This document shows, in pieces, positions 26,337 to 39,737 of a stretch of DNA of 64,000 nucleotides. Numbering within the stretch: the first letter of the stretch is position 1; each line of letters opens with the position of its first letter. The position numbers were made by a program, and so were the translations under genes. The notes beneath the pieces are model-generated. The model was not told the origin of the DNA, ran no database searches, and saw nothing but the letters and a program-made list of their open reading frames with translations. Source of the stretch: Geosiphon pyriformis uo1 (Eukaryota > Fungi > Glomeromycota); NCBI GenBank assembly GCA_016748015.1, contig JAAOMT010000602.1, positions 1,579,367 to 1,643,366 on the forward strand. The letters run 5' to 3'.

Positions 26337-28322
26337 ATGACGACACCAAAGAGTTTAGGATTCTGGGATGTGTTCAAGTATCGAAAGCCAGTGATTTTTT
26401 ATGCTGGTCGATTACACTACGTCGAAAGGAATCCGGCCGAAGAAATTCAAGAGGCAAGAAGGTATGCGTTGTTTCGAGTCTATTATTTAAAGGTATTTAT
26501 TTATTGTCATTGTGATTTTATCATTCTTAATTCTATAAAAATAATTGCTTGGATTTTGATCTTTTATGAAGGGCACATTGTCTCAATTACGAAAAGAAAT
26601 CATATTGGCTTTGGGCCTGTCTACTAAGATCTCATTTTCGAATGGTTCTACATACGTGCGACGACCAATTGATTCGTCAACGGATAATGATGTTGGTATT
26701 GCTAAACCTGACATCGTTAAGGTATATTTTTAGTGTTATTGAAAATGAATTTAACTTTTTTTATAAAAACAACGGAATTTTCAATTTTTCTAACCCATCT
26801 TGAACACTCTTAAGATTCAAATCTCATTCAAGCATTTGAGCCATCTTACATTAATCAATCGATTAAGGAATTCAAAGTTGATCTCCAAGATAACGCAAAA
26901 TGGCTTCTTGGATTGGATCCCTCTTGATAGATCATCTTATAATGCACTTAAAACGACCTGGAATCTCATCGTAGTTTCCCAAGATCCCTATCCATCAAGA
27001 AATGTTATTGTCAAGCAAAAACGTCTCCTGGCCGGTATCTACGATCTTTCTCATCAAAAAAGAGCATACCAAGGTCTAGCTGAACTTTTTCATGGACAAG
27101 TGTATAAAGTTGTACGAGAAGGAACTGGGGAAGAGATCGTGGTTGTTGAGACAAAGACATATAGTGCTAATATTGTTTTTATTGAAATTTTAAATTGGAT
27201 TTTTGAATACGTGACTTTAAATCAGGTTTGTATAAATCATTGGAAAGATTTGTTTGATATTAGAAAATCTATTCTTTTTCTGAGCTTTTTGAAATTCCTT
27301 TCAACTTTACTTTGGAGAATGTCGACACCCCATTTATTTCATTATTAGTGAGTGCTTTAAATATGTATGCAACATTATTCTGCCTAAATGATATCTACCA
27401 GAATCTAGCGGCACATGGCTGGGGTTCCTATGGCACCAATAAAAAAGGGGATAATGCAAATACTATATTGGCTCGTCGATTAATTTCCTTAGAAGATGTA
27501 CTTACAGAAATTCAATGGGATAATTTTACAAGTAGGAAAAGTTCTATTTTTACTTTGGATCTCTTTAAACTAGAAGGTTTTCGTAATCCATTTGAGAATT
27601 TGTAGGTCAAACAAAAAAATTGCGCGAAGCGATTGAACGAATATCCTGTTTATTTCAAAAAGATGGTAAAGATTTAGAAATTAGGACAAGAGTATACGTT
27701 TTGAAGAGATTAAGATTTTTGGTGGGCTTTTTTATCATGTGAGTTTCATCGTTGATATTTTTGGTCACTTCCTGATATGGGAAAAGAACTAATTAAAATT
27801 GTTTCGGATACAGTATCGCAATATATAGTATAGTAATTTTCTATCATTATTGGAATTTGCAAGATAATTTACTCTCTATGAGTGAGGTGGGTTATTCTGG
27901 AATACATCTTATTCTTCAAAACTTCTTTGTTTTTCCTTTGATTTCCCATAATTTTTTCCTTGCAGATGGTATTGCTTGCCACAATAGTTTCAATATCAAC
28001 CTTGATGTTTCTCTACATCAGGAGAGGAATAAAAAATTATGCTCGATTTTCAGCCTGGTTTATGAAAGCTGCAAGTTTACATCGTGATACGGTGAAAGAA
28101 ATTTTTTGGGAGTTTGGTGACAATTTAAACAAAACTTCTCAAGAAGGGATTTTGCAACAAAGCAAAAATATTGCTGCTTCTGGGAAAGAAAGTCATATGA
28201 GCAATAGTATTGGTGAGTTTGGAGATAATAGCAGAGAGGAAGTTCTAAGGCATGTGATGAATTGTACGATAGACGTTTGTGGAGATTTGAGGGATACTAT
28301 TATCATGTTTGGTGAAAGTTAA
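26337..28322 (+). CDS. Multi-exon (~7) hypothetical membrane protein
   Basis: Successive short GT-AG introns join the ORF-track pieces in frame: ..VYYLK|GTLSQLRKEII..PDIVK|IQISFK..TLNQ|..ENVDTPFISLLVSALNMYATLF..DNFT|SQTKKLRE..LVGFFII|IAIYSIVIFYHYW..MSE|MVLLATIVSISTLMFLYIRRG..FGES*. It has 2-3 hydrophobic segments and no recognised family. Confidence 0.75.
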
Positions 28323-29049
28323 AAAAAAGATCGGGATAAAAATAGAAGAAACCTAATTTATTGAAATATGAAAATTTGTTTCGTACTTTGAATTGCGAGT
28401 TTCATCAAAATTAAAATTTTTTAAATGTCAGAGGATTATTTCATTTTCATCTATAATCGAAATTGATTGGAAGATTATTTCGAGGGTTTTAATAAAAACT
28501 AGAGGTCACAAAGACTTTTTTTAAAATGTGGATATTTTAGTAATTCAAGAATTTAAGAAACCCCAAAGTAAATTGAACTTTGGAAATGCGATCGACTTTT
28601 TTTTCGATCATGTTCATTCGCTTTACCACGTTCTTAATATTAATGTTAGTTTGATTAAAAATATAATTTTCTTACAAATAATAATAATTTTATTATAAAA
28701 ATATTATTCCCATTTCGATGTTTTTTAAAAGTTACTTACCTTGTACCGGAAGGCCACAAAACGATGACATCCATGATATCTATGTTATCATGAATTATTT
28801 TATCTAATGAATCCTTTATTTCATTCACAATTTTACCATGTCATTTAATAAGCCTTTTGCCATAATGTTTTGATGACTTTACTTTTGTCACTAGCACATA
28901 CTCTTTTTTATACTTGATTGAAATGGATACCATAAAAAGTCTGGCATTTTTTCTTTCTTAAGAAGAGGAGCAAAAAATTTTATTTGCAATGAACAAATAC
29001 ATTAAGTTCATTAGTACACTTAGCAATAATAAAAATTCATTAATTTATT

Positions 29050-30088
29050 TTAATACCTAATACATTTAATTGGTATACATAGTTCACATACCATTCACAA
29101 GTCAAAAGCTCATTAACAAAAAAAGAGATTCTAAAATTTTATGAATAAAGTATTCTCAGTGGGAATAAATGAGCTCCACAATGATGATCTTTAAAGTCTA
29201 TAAGAAAAATAAGTGCAAAAAAAAAGAAGCCAAGAAAATAATGCTGCTTAAAAAAATAATAAATAAAAATTAAGTCAAGTAACAATAATCAACACAATAT
29301 TAACATAAATAATTTGTCAGTTTAAGAAGTAACAAAAATATATATTAAATAATATTTAAAAAAATTTATTTTAAAATTAAGTTTATTTTGCACTAAATTA
29401 TTGAAAATATGAGTATATATAAATATTATTATTTATTTATTTATTTATAAAATAGCTAAAATAATATTAATGGACTTTTTTAAATAGATATGTTAAAATA
29501 TTTTTTTCATGTTGCAAAAAGAATTATAAACTTTTTTTTAAACTTAAAATTAATTAATTTTATTAAGTTTATTAACAAACTTGAAATGTCTTTAAAAAAA
29601 AAAGTATTAAATTTATCTTTTTCGAAATTACAATAATTCTGACATATTTTAAAAAGCTATAAAAGTCTTAATACAAACAAAAATTAGCATTTATTGCATA
29701 ATTACTTTAAAATTTTACATTATAGTCTATTAATTGCTGTAGTTTTGCAAAAAAAAGTATGCACTTTTATATTACATCTTATTCAAAGTTTTATTTAATA
29801 GAAATATAATATTAAATTTAAAATTAAAATTAATTATTTAGAATATTGGGTATAGTGTTTTAAATAGGTTGAATCAGATTAAATTAAATTAAATCTTAAT
29901 TTTTTTATAAAAAAAAACTAAATAAATAAAAAATACTAGTTTAAACTTATTACTTTATAATTAAATAATAAAAATAATTAAAACATATTTAACAAATAAT
30001 ATTAAAAAAAAAAAACAATTTTTTTTTATTTTAAATTAAAATTTGAGTCAAAATTTAATATAAAATTATTAGTATAATTATTGTTTAC

Positions 30089-30119
<31 letters not shown>

Positions 30120-33100
30120 TAATTATTATTTAGTTAAATTTTCAATAATTATTACTTAATTTATAATCTAATTTGTAATTAGAAAAATTCTGTCAAAAAT
30201 TTTGTTAAACCATATTTTTTTGCTTATAATAAGTTTAATATGCTTTATGAAAACAACTTTTTAGTACTTAAAAACATTTTTATGCAAATTTCAGTTTTTG
30301 TAGTAGACTCTATTATTAAAGATACTTTAGAAAAAAAAATTTAATTGGTTTTGTAAAATATGTATAAAGCTTATAATTCTATTAATTAATTTAGCTAAAA
30401 CTAAGCTTAAAGTAAATATAAATATATAATAAGTTTATCAAATTTTTTGCAATTTATATAAAAATAGAATTAATAAGGTGATAACTAATTTTAGACTCTT
30501 AAATAAGTACAAAATACATAATAACTTGAACTAAAATAAAGTCTTTTTTTCTTTTCTTTGAAAAATATTCTATGATCTTTTGTTGTATAAAATTAAAAAA
30601 CATAAGCATTTGTGTAGATACTGTATAAATACTAAGTTTGTTGTAAAGACAAAAAATGTAGAAACCAGTTTAAACAAAACTTTGTTTTTTGTAGTAAGTG
30701 TTTTCATTAATAATACAATATAAATAAAGAATAGTCATATATCTATATAATATATCTTGAATATTATCAGTTAATTTTTTTCTATTAATGATCTTTTAAT
30801 TAACAATAAAAAAACAATAATTATTCTTATTAAGTAGAAAATTAAAATTGTTTTTTGTTCATTAGTAAACTGTTAATTATGATAGCAAAAAAAATAAGCT
30901 TTACAAATACCTGAAAATTTTTTGTTGTTTAAAGATATATTTAAGCCAAGTTTAACTAAAATGTATTTGGATATCAGGATTTTTTTAATTTGGTCTTAAG
31001 AAAAACTTTGTTAAATAAGCAGTTTTTTATTGGGTGTTAACTGTTTTGTAACTAATTTTTAAGTATAAAATTTAATTCAGTTTTATTTCAAAAAGTATGT
31101 ATAACAAATAAAATACTCTTATAAGAAAAAAACTCAAAGTCAAAACTGATCTGCCAAAAAATTTTCCAGTAAATTATTGTATTACTTTTCTTTGTATGGT
31201 TTAAAAACTTTTATGCAAATATAGACAAAGGACAAAATGGCTTCAGTAGTTGTTTTTCTAATAGTGCTAAGATTTTTGAATAGTTGTTTGATTATTGTTT
31301 TTGAATTTGCAGATATTGGGTTAGACACTATTACTAGAGGTTTTTGGTTTTTTTTTTGTATGTTATTAATATCTGTTTGCTATTAATTCACATTTTTTGG
31401 AAGCAGTTAAACCTCCAATAACTGATTTTATTTTCAAATTATCTTTTATAATTTAAACTGCTGGGCTTATAAGTGGAATGGTCAATTCTATACCAATTAC
31501 TTTGTATAGTTACGTTGTAGTAAATATCAACTTTTTCCCAAAAATTGCTTGTCTGGAAGCTCACTAAAAATGTGTAGTTACTTTATAGTAAAAGTTAACT
31601 TTTTTACAGGAATCTCATCTGTAGGCTACCTAAATAATTATAATAAGAAAAAAAAAGAAAATAAAAGCAATATAAAAGAAATATGATTTTGTCAATAGAA
31701 TTGTTTTCTATCCAGACCTGGAGTTGCTAATAAATTACTAAAATTGGTAATTAGTCAATTTCAAAATGTTAGTTGGGTTTTAGAGAATGTTAAGTGTAAT
31801 TATTTTATGAATTGGTTTTCGAAATATATCTTTATTTTGAATTGTACTTAATGAGAATAAATCTAAAGTAAAATATCTATGATAAGATACATTTTTCGAA
31901 AAGAGAAACTCTTCTTTTATACAATTTGTTATAGTACTAGTCTATGAACTTGAACTTTTCTCTTTTGTTATAATTTAGACAAACTAAAAATACATTTTGA
32001 TAAGCTACAAGTTATTTCGACAAACTATTAATTATTTTGGTGAACTATCTATTATTTTGGCAAATTCGGCAAAATTCGGCAAATTTTTGAATATTACATA
32101 GTTCAGAATATTGTGTAATTTGATCATCCTAATTTTTATTGTATAAATTGGATTATTAATTAAATAGTAATATTCGATAATTTGATTGAGTAATAAGTAA
32201 TAATTAAAACAATATTAATATATGCTAATTAATGATAGGAATTATAAGGGTAATTTTATGCTAATTAATAGCTAATATTTTACTAGTAACAGCACTTATA
32301 ATTTCATTGCAATTTTTTGTAAATCTAAATGTTAGCTCAGTAAACAATTTTTTTGTAAGCATAGTTAAAATTTTTTTGGACAATAAAATCTCATTGGTAA
32401 TAATATGCTCAGTGCTTTTTATAATTCTGACAAGTTTCTAATATTAGTTATTTTGAAAGCTTCTTATTACTATGGTGTAATCAATTTTTTGAAGCATTTT
32501 GGTATGGTTTTTGGTAATAAACTGTCGAATAAGTATAGTATAATTGTGAATTGAAAAATATTTCGTTATTAAAAAAGATTAGATCTAAGAGATTTAGTAT
32601 TTTACTGATTTAATTTGGCTTATAAATTTATAATAAACTTTGATTTTAAACTGTCGAATGAATTTCTGACTGGTAATATCTTCAATGTTTTGAATTCTGG
32701 TGAATTTTTATCTGTTTGAAAACATTTAGATAAGATTTGGTCTGAATTTTTTGTTATTTATATTGATAAATTTTTGAAAAATAAGAGTTCTGTATTCATA
32801 ACTTGTGGAATAGTAGCTTAATTTTTAAATATTGTGATAAGTATTAGAGTAAAAATTCAGAGTTTTATGTTTTTAACAATGACAAACTGCAGATAATTGC
32901 TTTAATTCTGGAGTATGTATCTTTTTTTTGTTCTATAATTCTATATTTAAACAGTTAAGCTGCAATTAATATGTGTTTCTTAGATTTAAATTTATGTTGT
33001 TCTGATTTTTATGCCAGTAATTAATTAAAATAGAGACATGTTGCTAATTTAATTAGAAATAAGAATATTCAGGTAAAATGAATAAAGATTAAGAATTATT

Positions 33101-35130
33101 TAAATAATAAAAGCAATAATTAAACAGATGTATTTGTTAATATTGCTGTTTATTCTTACATGTTTTTTCTTTATTGTATTTTAAAAAAATTTATTGGGGC
33201 TAATAGTTAAATAATATCTAATAATATTCATTATTTTATGTATAATTTTACAGATTAGTTTGTTGTATCTGATAGAAAGTGGATTTAATATAGATATTAT
33301 AACTAATTTGCTTGTTTATAGTATTAATTGAATTCACATTATTGTAATTTGGCATCCAAATTCTTACATATAATTTAAGTTTATTAGCAGAACATTTTTA
33401 GATCTGTGCATTTATATGATAATGACTATTTATAAAAAATTGCCAGTTGTTATTATAAAAAAACTTTATAACAAATGCTATTTTGGTGTATTGTGTTTAT
33501 TGTACAGTAAAGTAAAATTTTTTGATTATATTTTTATCTGTTTGAAGAATATTATTTTGCATAAAAAAGTGGCTTTAGTAATAATAAAATTTGCTTATAA
33601 GATTGTAAATATTATAGAATAATAGTGTGAATTTTTAGATCTAAATTTAAGGCAAACATAGAGATTAGTAGTTTAATTAATAATATGAGTATAATTTTTG
33701 GACTGTTATATTCTTTGTTATTTTACTTTTTAGATAATATAGTTTATATGCTTGGTATTTATAAAATTTTTGCTATTTGTTTTGGTTTTATAAGTTTTGT
33801 TTATTTTTTTTGGATTGGATGATAATGTAAAGTACAAATAGATATATAATGTGGTTTTAATTAATTCAAGTGGCTGATTATATAAGTTGTATTTAATTAG
33901 AATTTTTTAATTTTATTCTTTGTACTAGATAGCAATTAAGCTACACTTATTAAATAAATTTTTTTTTAATGCTTAAAAATTTTTAAGCTGTTATATAATT
34001 ATTTTATTAAAAATAATTGTACTTTTTTTATATTATTAAATAATATTAAATTTTTAAATGTTTTGCTATTAATATTAACAAATATTGTAATTGTAAAAAT
34101 AACCAATTTTTTTTAATTTATTATAGTTAAACTATATTTTTAATAATAAAACAAAAACAAATAGTAATATTTTGCAAAAATTTTAGTAAATTTTTAAAAA
34201 CAAAATATATATTTTAGCAAACTATAAAATATTTTAATAAACTATTGAATATTTTGAAAAATTAATATTTTAACAAATTTTTTAATATTACATAATTTAG
34301 AATATTATATAATCTAAATATATTATTTTAGTTGTATTTTTTTGTTGTTGAAATTGGATTAATAATAATAAAATTTTAAGAAAATAATTTTTAACTAGTA
34401 ATACTGTGTACAATTTATTTAACAAAAACTTTAATAGCAAAATATATTGAAAAATTTGTTTTATTTTTTGTTTTTTTAATTTGTTTATGTAATTTATATT
34501 TATTTTGTAGTTTCAAAATTGTTTATCATATTAAATTTTTTAAAACAATAAATTATACAAAATATGTTACAACAATAAAAAAAAATTTATTTCAATTTAA
34601 GCAATTGTATACTTTCCTTTTTAGTTAACTTAAAATTTATTATTCACAAAATATATAAAACTTTTTTTCTAATGTGGCCAACCAACCTAATTGTAAGCTT
34701 TATTTATGTTTTGTAATATTATTTAAAAGTTTTTTTCTTAAAAAATAAAAAATTGTTACTTTTAAAGCATTATTAATTGTTTGCAAACTGTAAATATAGA
34801 ATTTACTAATATTTTGAATAAAATTTATTTTTGTTATTTTAATTAAAATTAATAATTTAATATTTGTAATTATTTATTTTTATTTACATAACTTAGAAAT
34901 TATAAACAATCTGATTTTTTAATTATTAATCACATTTTTAGTTTTTAAGAAAAAATTAAAAAACATACTTAATTGGTTACATTATTTTTAAAACTTATTA
35001 AAAATTTTAAATAAGCCAAAAATCTTATTATTTAGTAATTTAACATTATATCCACTAGTTTATTATTAAAATTATGTTATTTTCTACATATAATAATAAA
35101 TTATATTGGTTTTATAACTATACATATAAT
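29050..35130. mobile_element. Extremely AT-rich tract of hypermutated TE relics
   Basis: About 6 kb with very few CpGs and almost no ORFs, containing copies of the dispersed 20-bp-unit repeat. Element class cannot be resolved by eye. Confidence 0.5.
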
Positions 35131-37078
35131 TAAATATGGAATGTTGCATTGATAATTCTGGTAGCCGGCTGCATATCAATCAAAAGCAAATAGGTGAGGC
35201 GGTGTTACAGCTAAAATTTTTGACAAATAGAGTGGCTTCAATATTGGTTGCACTTTAACTATTTATCAGATCTTAATTGTAAGATATCTCTTAATTTAGT
35301 TAATTCAAAAGTCTTTTTATACTAGTTTGAGTTCCAATCACAAGGGGAGGTAGCGAAATAGAATTTTGGGATTGAAGACCCTAATTCATTGTTAAATAAT
35401 ATATGATTCGAAAGTTTGAGGTTCTGTCATTTTATTGTGCTAAAACACAGTTTTTAATTAACAAAATAGCAGCCAGCTGAAGAACTAGAGCAATTTATTT
35501 TTTTATCATGTTTCCAATCTTTTTTTCAGGTTCTCAAAAATATTTTTGGAGCATTTATCTCAGCTTTCAGAATTTGGAATTTGATATATATGTAATTTTT
35601 TAAAATTTTATTCCATGTATCATTTGGGCAAATTTTTTTTGAAATTCGAAAAGATTAAAATGTAATTAGTTTATGTGTCATTTTTTGTTTCAACGATATC
35701 TGGCCAAACATTAATTATCAGTAATATACTGAGATATTGGTTATAGATACAGAAAAGCCTTTTAAACGTTTGAAAATTAATGAAACTGGAGGTGAATTTT
35801 TTCCGAACAAAAAATTATTATTAACACTAATTACATGGATCAATTTAAAGCTTCATACTTAATCCAGTTGAATAAATTATAAATCTAAAAACTATCAATG
35901 TTTTTAAATTTCTCATATATCTCCCAATGACCTCTTTTGAATAGCGAAAATACCACTAATGTTTGAATTATTATCTTACCAAACCCACCATATTGCCTAG
36001 AATTTTAAGGTCTCTCATATATATTTTTTTTGAGTTTGCTTAAAAATTGTTTGACCAAAACAAATTAATGTTTTTTATTTTTCTAGATAGATATATTTAT
36101 ATTAGGAAAACTTCTCTTGATGAAAACGAAATACCTTAATTCTTAAAAATACTAACAGCTTATTCCAGTTTTCTCACATATCTTTAGTTGGATTGCTCTA
36201 AGAACTAGAATAAAATAAGTGTTGTTTATAATCACTTTTTCTCTGGAGTCTGCGAATAAATGACTAGTTGAATAACAAATCGATGAAATCGATCGGCAAT
36301 GAATATACATGTCATTAATATTTTTGTGGTGAAGAAAAACCAAGCCCTGTTCAAAAAAGGTCTTTTACTGTTGTATTTCCAATTTTTATTATAGTTCACC
36401 TATAAAAACACACGTTTTATCTTTAAATTTGACCTCAAGTTGGAATAAAACACATCTATTAAAACAAATAAGCTGAGGATTTGAAAAATTAGAAAACTCA
36501 CCTCCCTCGAAAATACTAGTCACCGATGTCCTAATTGATTTTTTAACAAAATGGCTGAAGTAGTAATTGTTTTCCGCGAAATAGTTAAAATGATAAATAA
36601 TAGGTTATTATGAATGAAATTTTTATTTTCGAAAGAAACTTTACAAAGTTGCCGCTTTTTTTAAATATTTTCCCTCTAAATTTTATATGAAGTGTTCTTT
36701 GATGAAAAAAGGAGATTAGACATGTTTCAAATTTGTTTTCAATTCTGAATTCAAGAATTTCAATCTTCTATTATTTTTAAATAATTTTCATACGCCCCAC
36801 GATGACAAGATTTCAATAAAAACTTTGTGAATCAAAAAGTAAATATAAATAATAAATTATCAATATATGGTATATTGCAATATAAAAGACACAAAATTGA
36901 CAAATGAGCTAACTGTACCAAAGTTTCAATTAAATACTAGAATTTTGGCTGTTGAGTTTTTCAAAGAGGTACTGATAAAGTGCCCGGATAAGGATCAGAC
37001 ACGTGCCAATGGTATACATATTCATATGTGGGAAAAGAAAGATAGGTAGATTAAAATAAGACTACTCATATTTTACCA

Positions 37079-38575
37079 ATGTCACCCCAACAACACTTCC
37101 AAGCTTTATCTAATGATTTCGGGAATTTATTTAACACTCAGAAGTTCTCTGATGTTAAAATTATAGTTGGCGAAGCGCCCAATATCCAAACTTTTCATGC
37201 CCATTCGCAAATTTTAGCAGCAAGATCACCATATTTTGCTGTCGCACTCTCTAGCAATTGGATTAAAAGGGAAAAAAATATCATTATATTCCCTAAACCT
37301 AATATTTCACCAAAGATTTTTGAAATAATTCTCAGGTAAGGGTTTTCATTTGCTTCAAATATTTTGGCCAACATAAGACTCACTGTTTTGTTTCCTGTAG
37401 ATACATTTATAATGGCGAAATTTCTCTTGATAAACATGGAGTACCTACCATTTTAGAATTCCTTGTTACAGCTGACGAGCTTATTCTAGAAGACATGATT
37501 GACCACCTTGAAGACTATTTGATCGAACACCGTGCAAAAGAGCTAAAAGAAAATTTCACCACTTTGCAGAAAACTTCATTTATGCATGATTGTTTCAAAA
37601 AGTTACAAAAATTCTGCATCGAAATAGTTGCTGAAAATCCAGCAATAGTCTTCAACTCGCAAGATTTCACTTCCCTTAGTGAAAATGCACTTTTCTCAAT
37701 TTTAACCCGGGATGAACTAAATATAGAAGGAAATATGGGAAAAGATTGTAGAATGGGGAGTTGCTAAATTGGATAAAAATATTCAGACGAAAAAAGTTCT
37801 TTACTGGACAGATGAAAACTTTAACGCCTTTAAGGAATCCATCGAAAGGCTTCTACCTTTAATCCGCTTCTTTAACATATCTTCAGTTGACTTCTATCAC
37901 AAAGTAAAACCATTTGCGAGAATCTTACCTGGAACTTTATATGAAGATCTTTTACATCATTATCTCGTACCGGGTAGTCATCAAAAATCTGTAGACGCTC
38001 AGCCATCACGTTTTCCACAATTAAGTATTAAATCGGAGCTTCTTCAACCCCACAATATAAAACAGCTTGATCACTGGATTCAAGGCAAAGACGAAAGCAC
38101 CCCTTTTCAAAACCGACATGGAAATGATTTTAAATTGTTACTTCGAGGCAGTCGAGACGGATTCACTCCAGCCGATTTTCATCGATTATGTGATAATAAA
38201 GAAGCATCAGTAAGCGTAATAAAAGTGAAAGGAACTGGTCAGCTAATTGGCGGCTATAACCCGCAGTCTTGGCACTCTAGGAATAGTTGGTTGGAGGGAA
38301 AACGAAGTTTTATATTTTCCCTTGGAGATGGCAAACTTGGAAAGGCTAAACTTAGCAAATTTGTTATGGAATTTGGACCTTTTGGTGGGCCATATAATGG
38401 ACCCTCTTTTGGAAATGGCAATATTGGATTGTATGGCAAGGATTTTAAAAATAGTCCAGGGGCCTATTGTAAAAAGACAATAGATTATGAGCATGCTATA
38501 ATGCCTGGGTCAGAAAATCAACAGGTGAATTTCTTTGTCGAGGAGTATGAAGTTTTTCAAATTATAAAAAGATAG
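37079..38575 (+). pseudogene. BTB/POZ-BACK-TLDc gene, paralogue 3, single frameshift
   Basis: Exon 1 37079-37335, intron 37336-37400, exon 2 from 37401. A ~5-nt deletion near 37729 (ata gaa g|gaa ata tgg vs EEIEIW) shifts the frame. The rest is open to TAG at 38573-38575. Confidence 0.85.
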
Positions 38576-39737
38576 GTTTGCTTTTATTTGATTTAATTAT
38601 TCATTTTCTGTAAGTTATGCTGCTTATCTTAAAAGTTGTCATTAGCAGAATATTCTATAGTCTACTATTTTAAGCCCTAAAATAAAGTTAAAGAATAAAA
38701 ATTTTTATTTTAAACATCAAAAAAACTTTAGAAATTATAAGTTGTTTGACAAAAAGTGATCTTTGAAGTTTAGGTTTTTATCACAGGCTAAAATTATAAA
38801 ACGCTCTTTTAGCTGAATAACATTAGAAATATAATATATTTGTATTTCCTCTCTAATTAAAATTATAAACTTTGGATGGCGTTTTAATTTTTACTGTGCG
38901 ATAATATAAAAAAATACTTTAACGAAATATTCAATACGGAAGTTTTGAGATATTCGAAAAGAGTAAAAGTTTTCAAACAAAACATATCCTCAGCTTTCTT
39001 TTTTTATTGACTGTACTTTGAAATTCCGATTATTCAAAAGAAATGCAATTGAAAATGCCTTTCAACTATTAGTAACATTATATTTTTTGCTTTATTCCTT
39101 TATTTTTGCATTTTAGAAAAATAAATTTAGTTAACTGATAAAAGTAATGAAGATTATATTAATTATGATATCGATTAGAACCAACATAAAAAAACAAATG
39201 CAAAACAATTACCTTAAAGTGAATAAAAGTTATTAAATATTAAATTCATTTAAAACTTTAAATAATAATTATCTGCAAAAAAACAAATGCCTTAGGATAC
39301 TTTTCTTATAAAAATATAGAGCTATTAATATCATTGCAATAATAAAAATTTCAATTAGATAAAATTTATATTCTTCCCAAAAATGTGCTGAAGAAAACCA
39401 TTCATTAAAAAAGTCTCATTTGAGATACAATTTGAAAGAAATCAAATCTTGAAGATTACTTAATGTTTATTCATATTAACTTAGAATCCATATGGGAATG
39501 ATGCTAATTTAAGTCATGGCCTGACAATCCTAATTTCGATTAAAACTAAAGGTCTCAAAAAAATTGGGTATTGATTTTCTGTTGTAACTTATTGTATTAA
39601 GGTCAAGGTTTAAGAATAATACTTTTGTTGAAAAATGTATAGTAATGAATAATATTTCCAGTTAAATTTTAATTATGAAAATCTCAATGCGCTAAATTTA
39701 TTGGCTATTTAGCTGGCTGACATATTTAAAAATTAAA

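Noticed and set aside
35150-36560. Moderately GC-richer, coding-like relic upstream of paralogue 3
   Set aside because: No continuous frame or identifiable motif.
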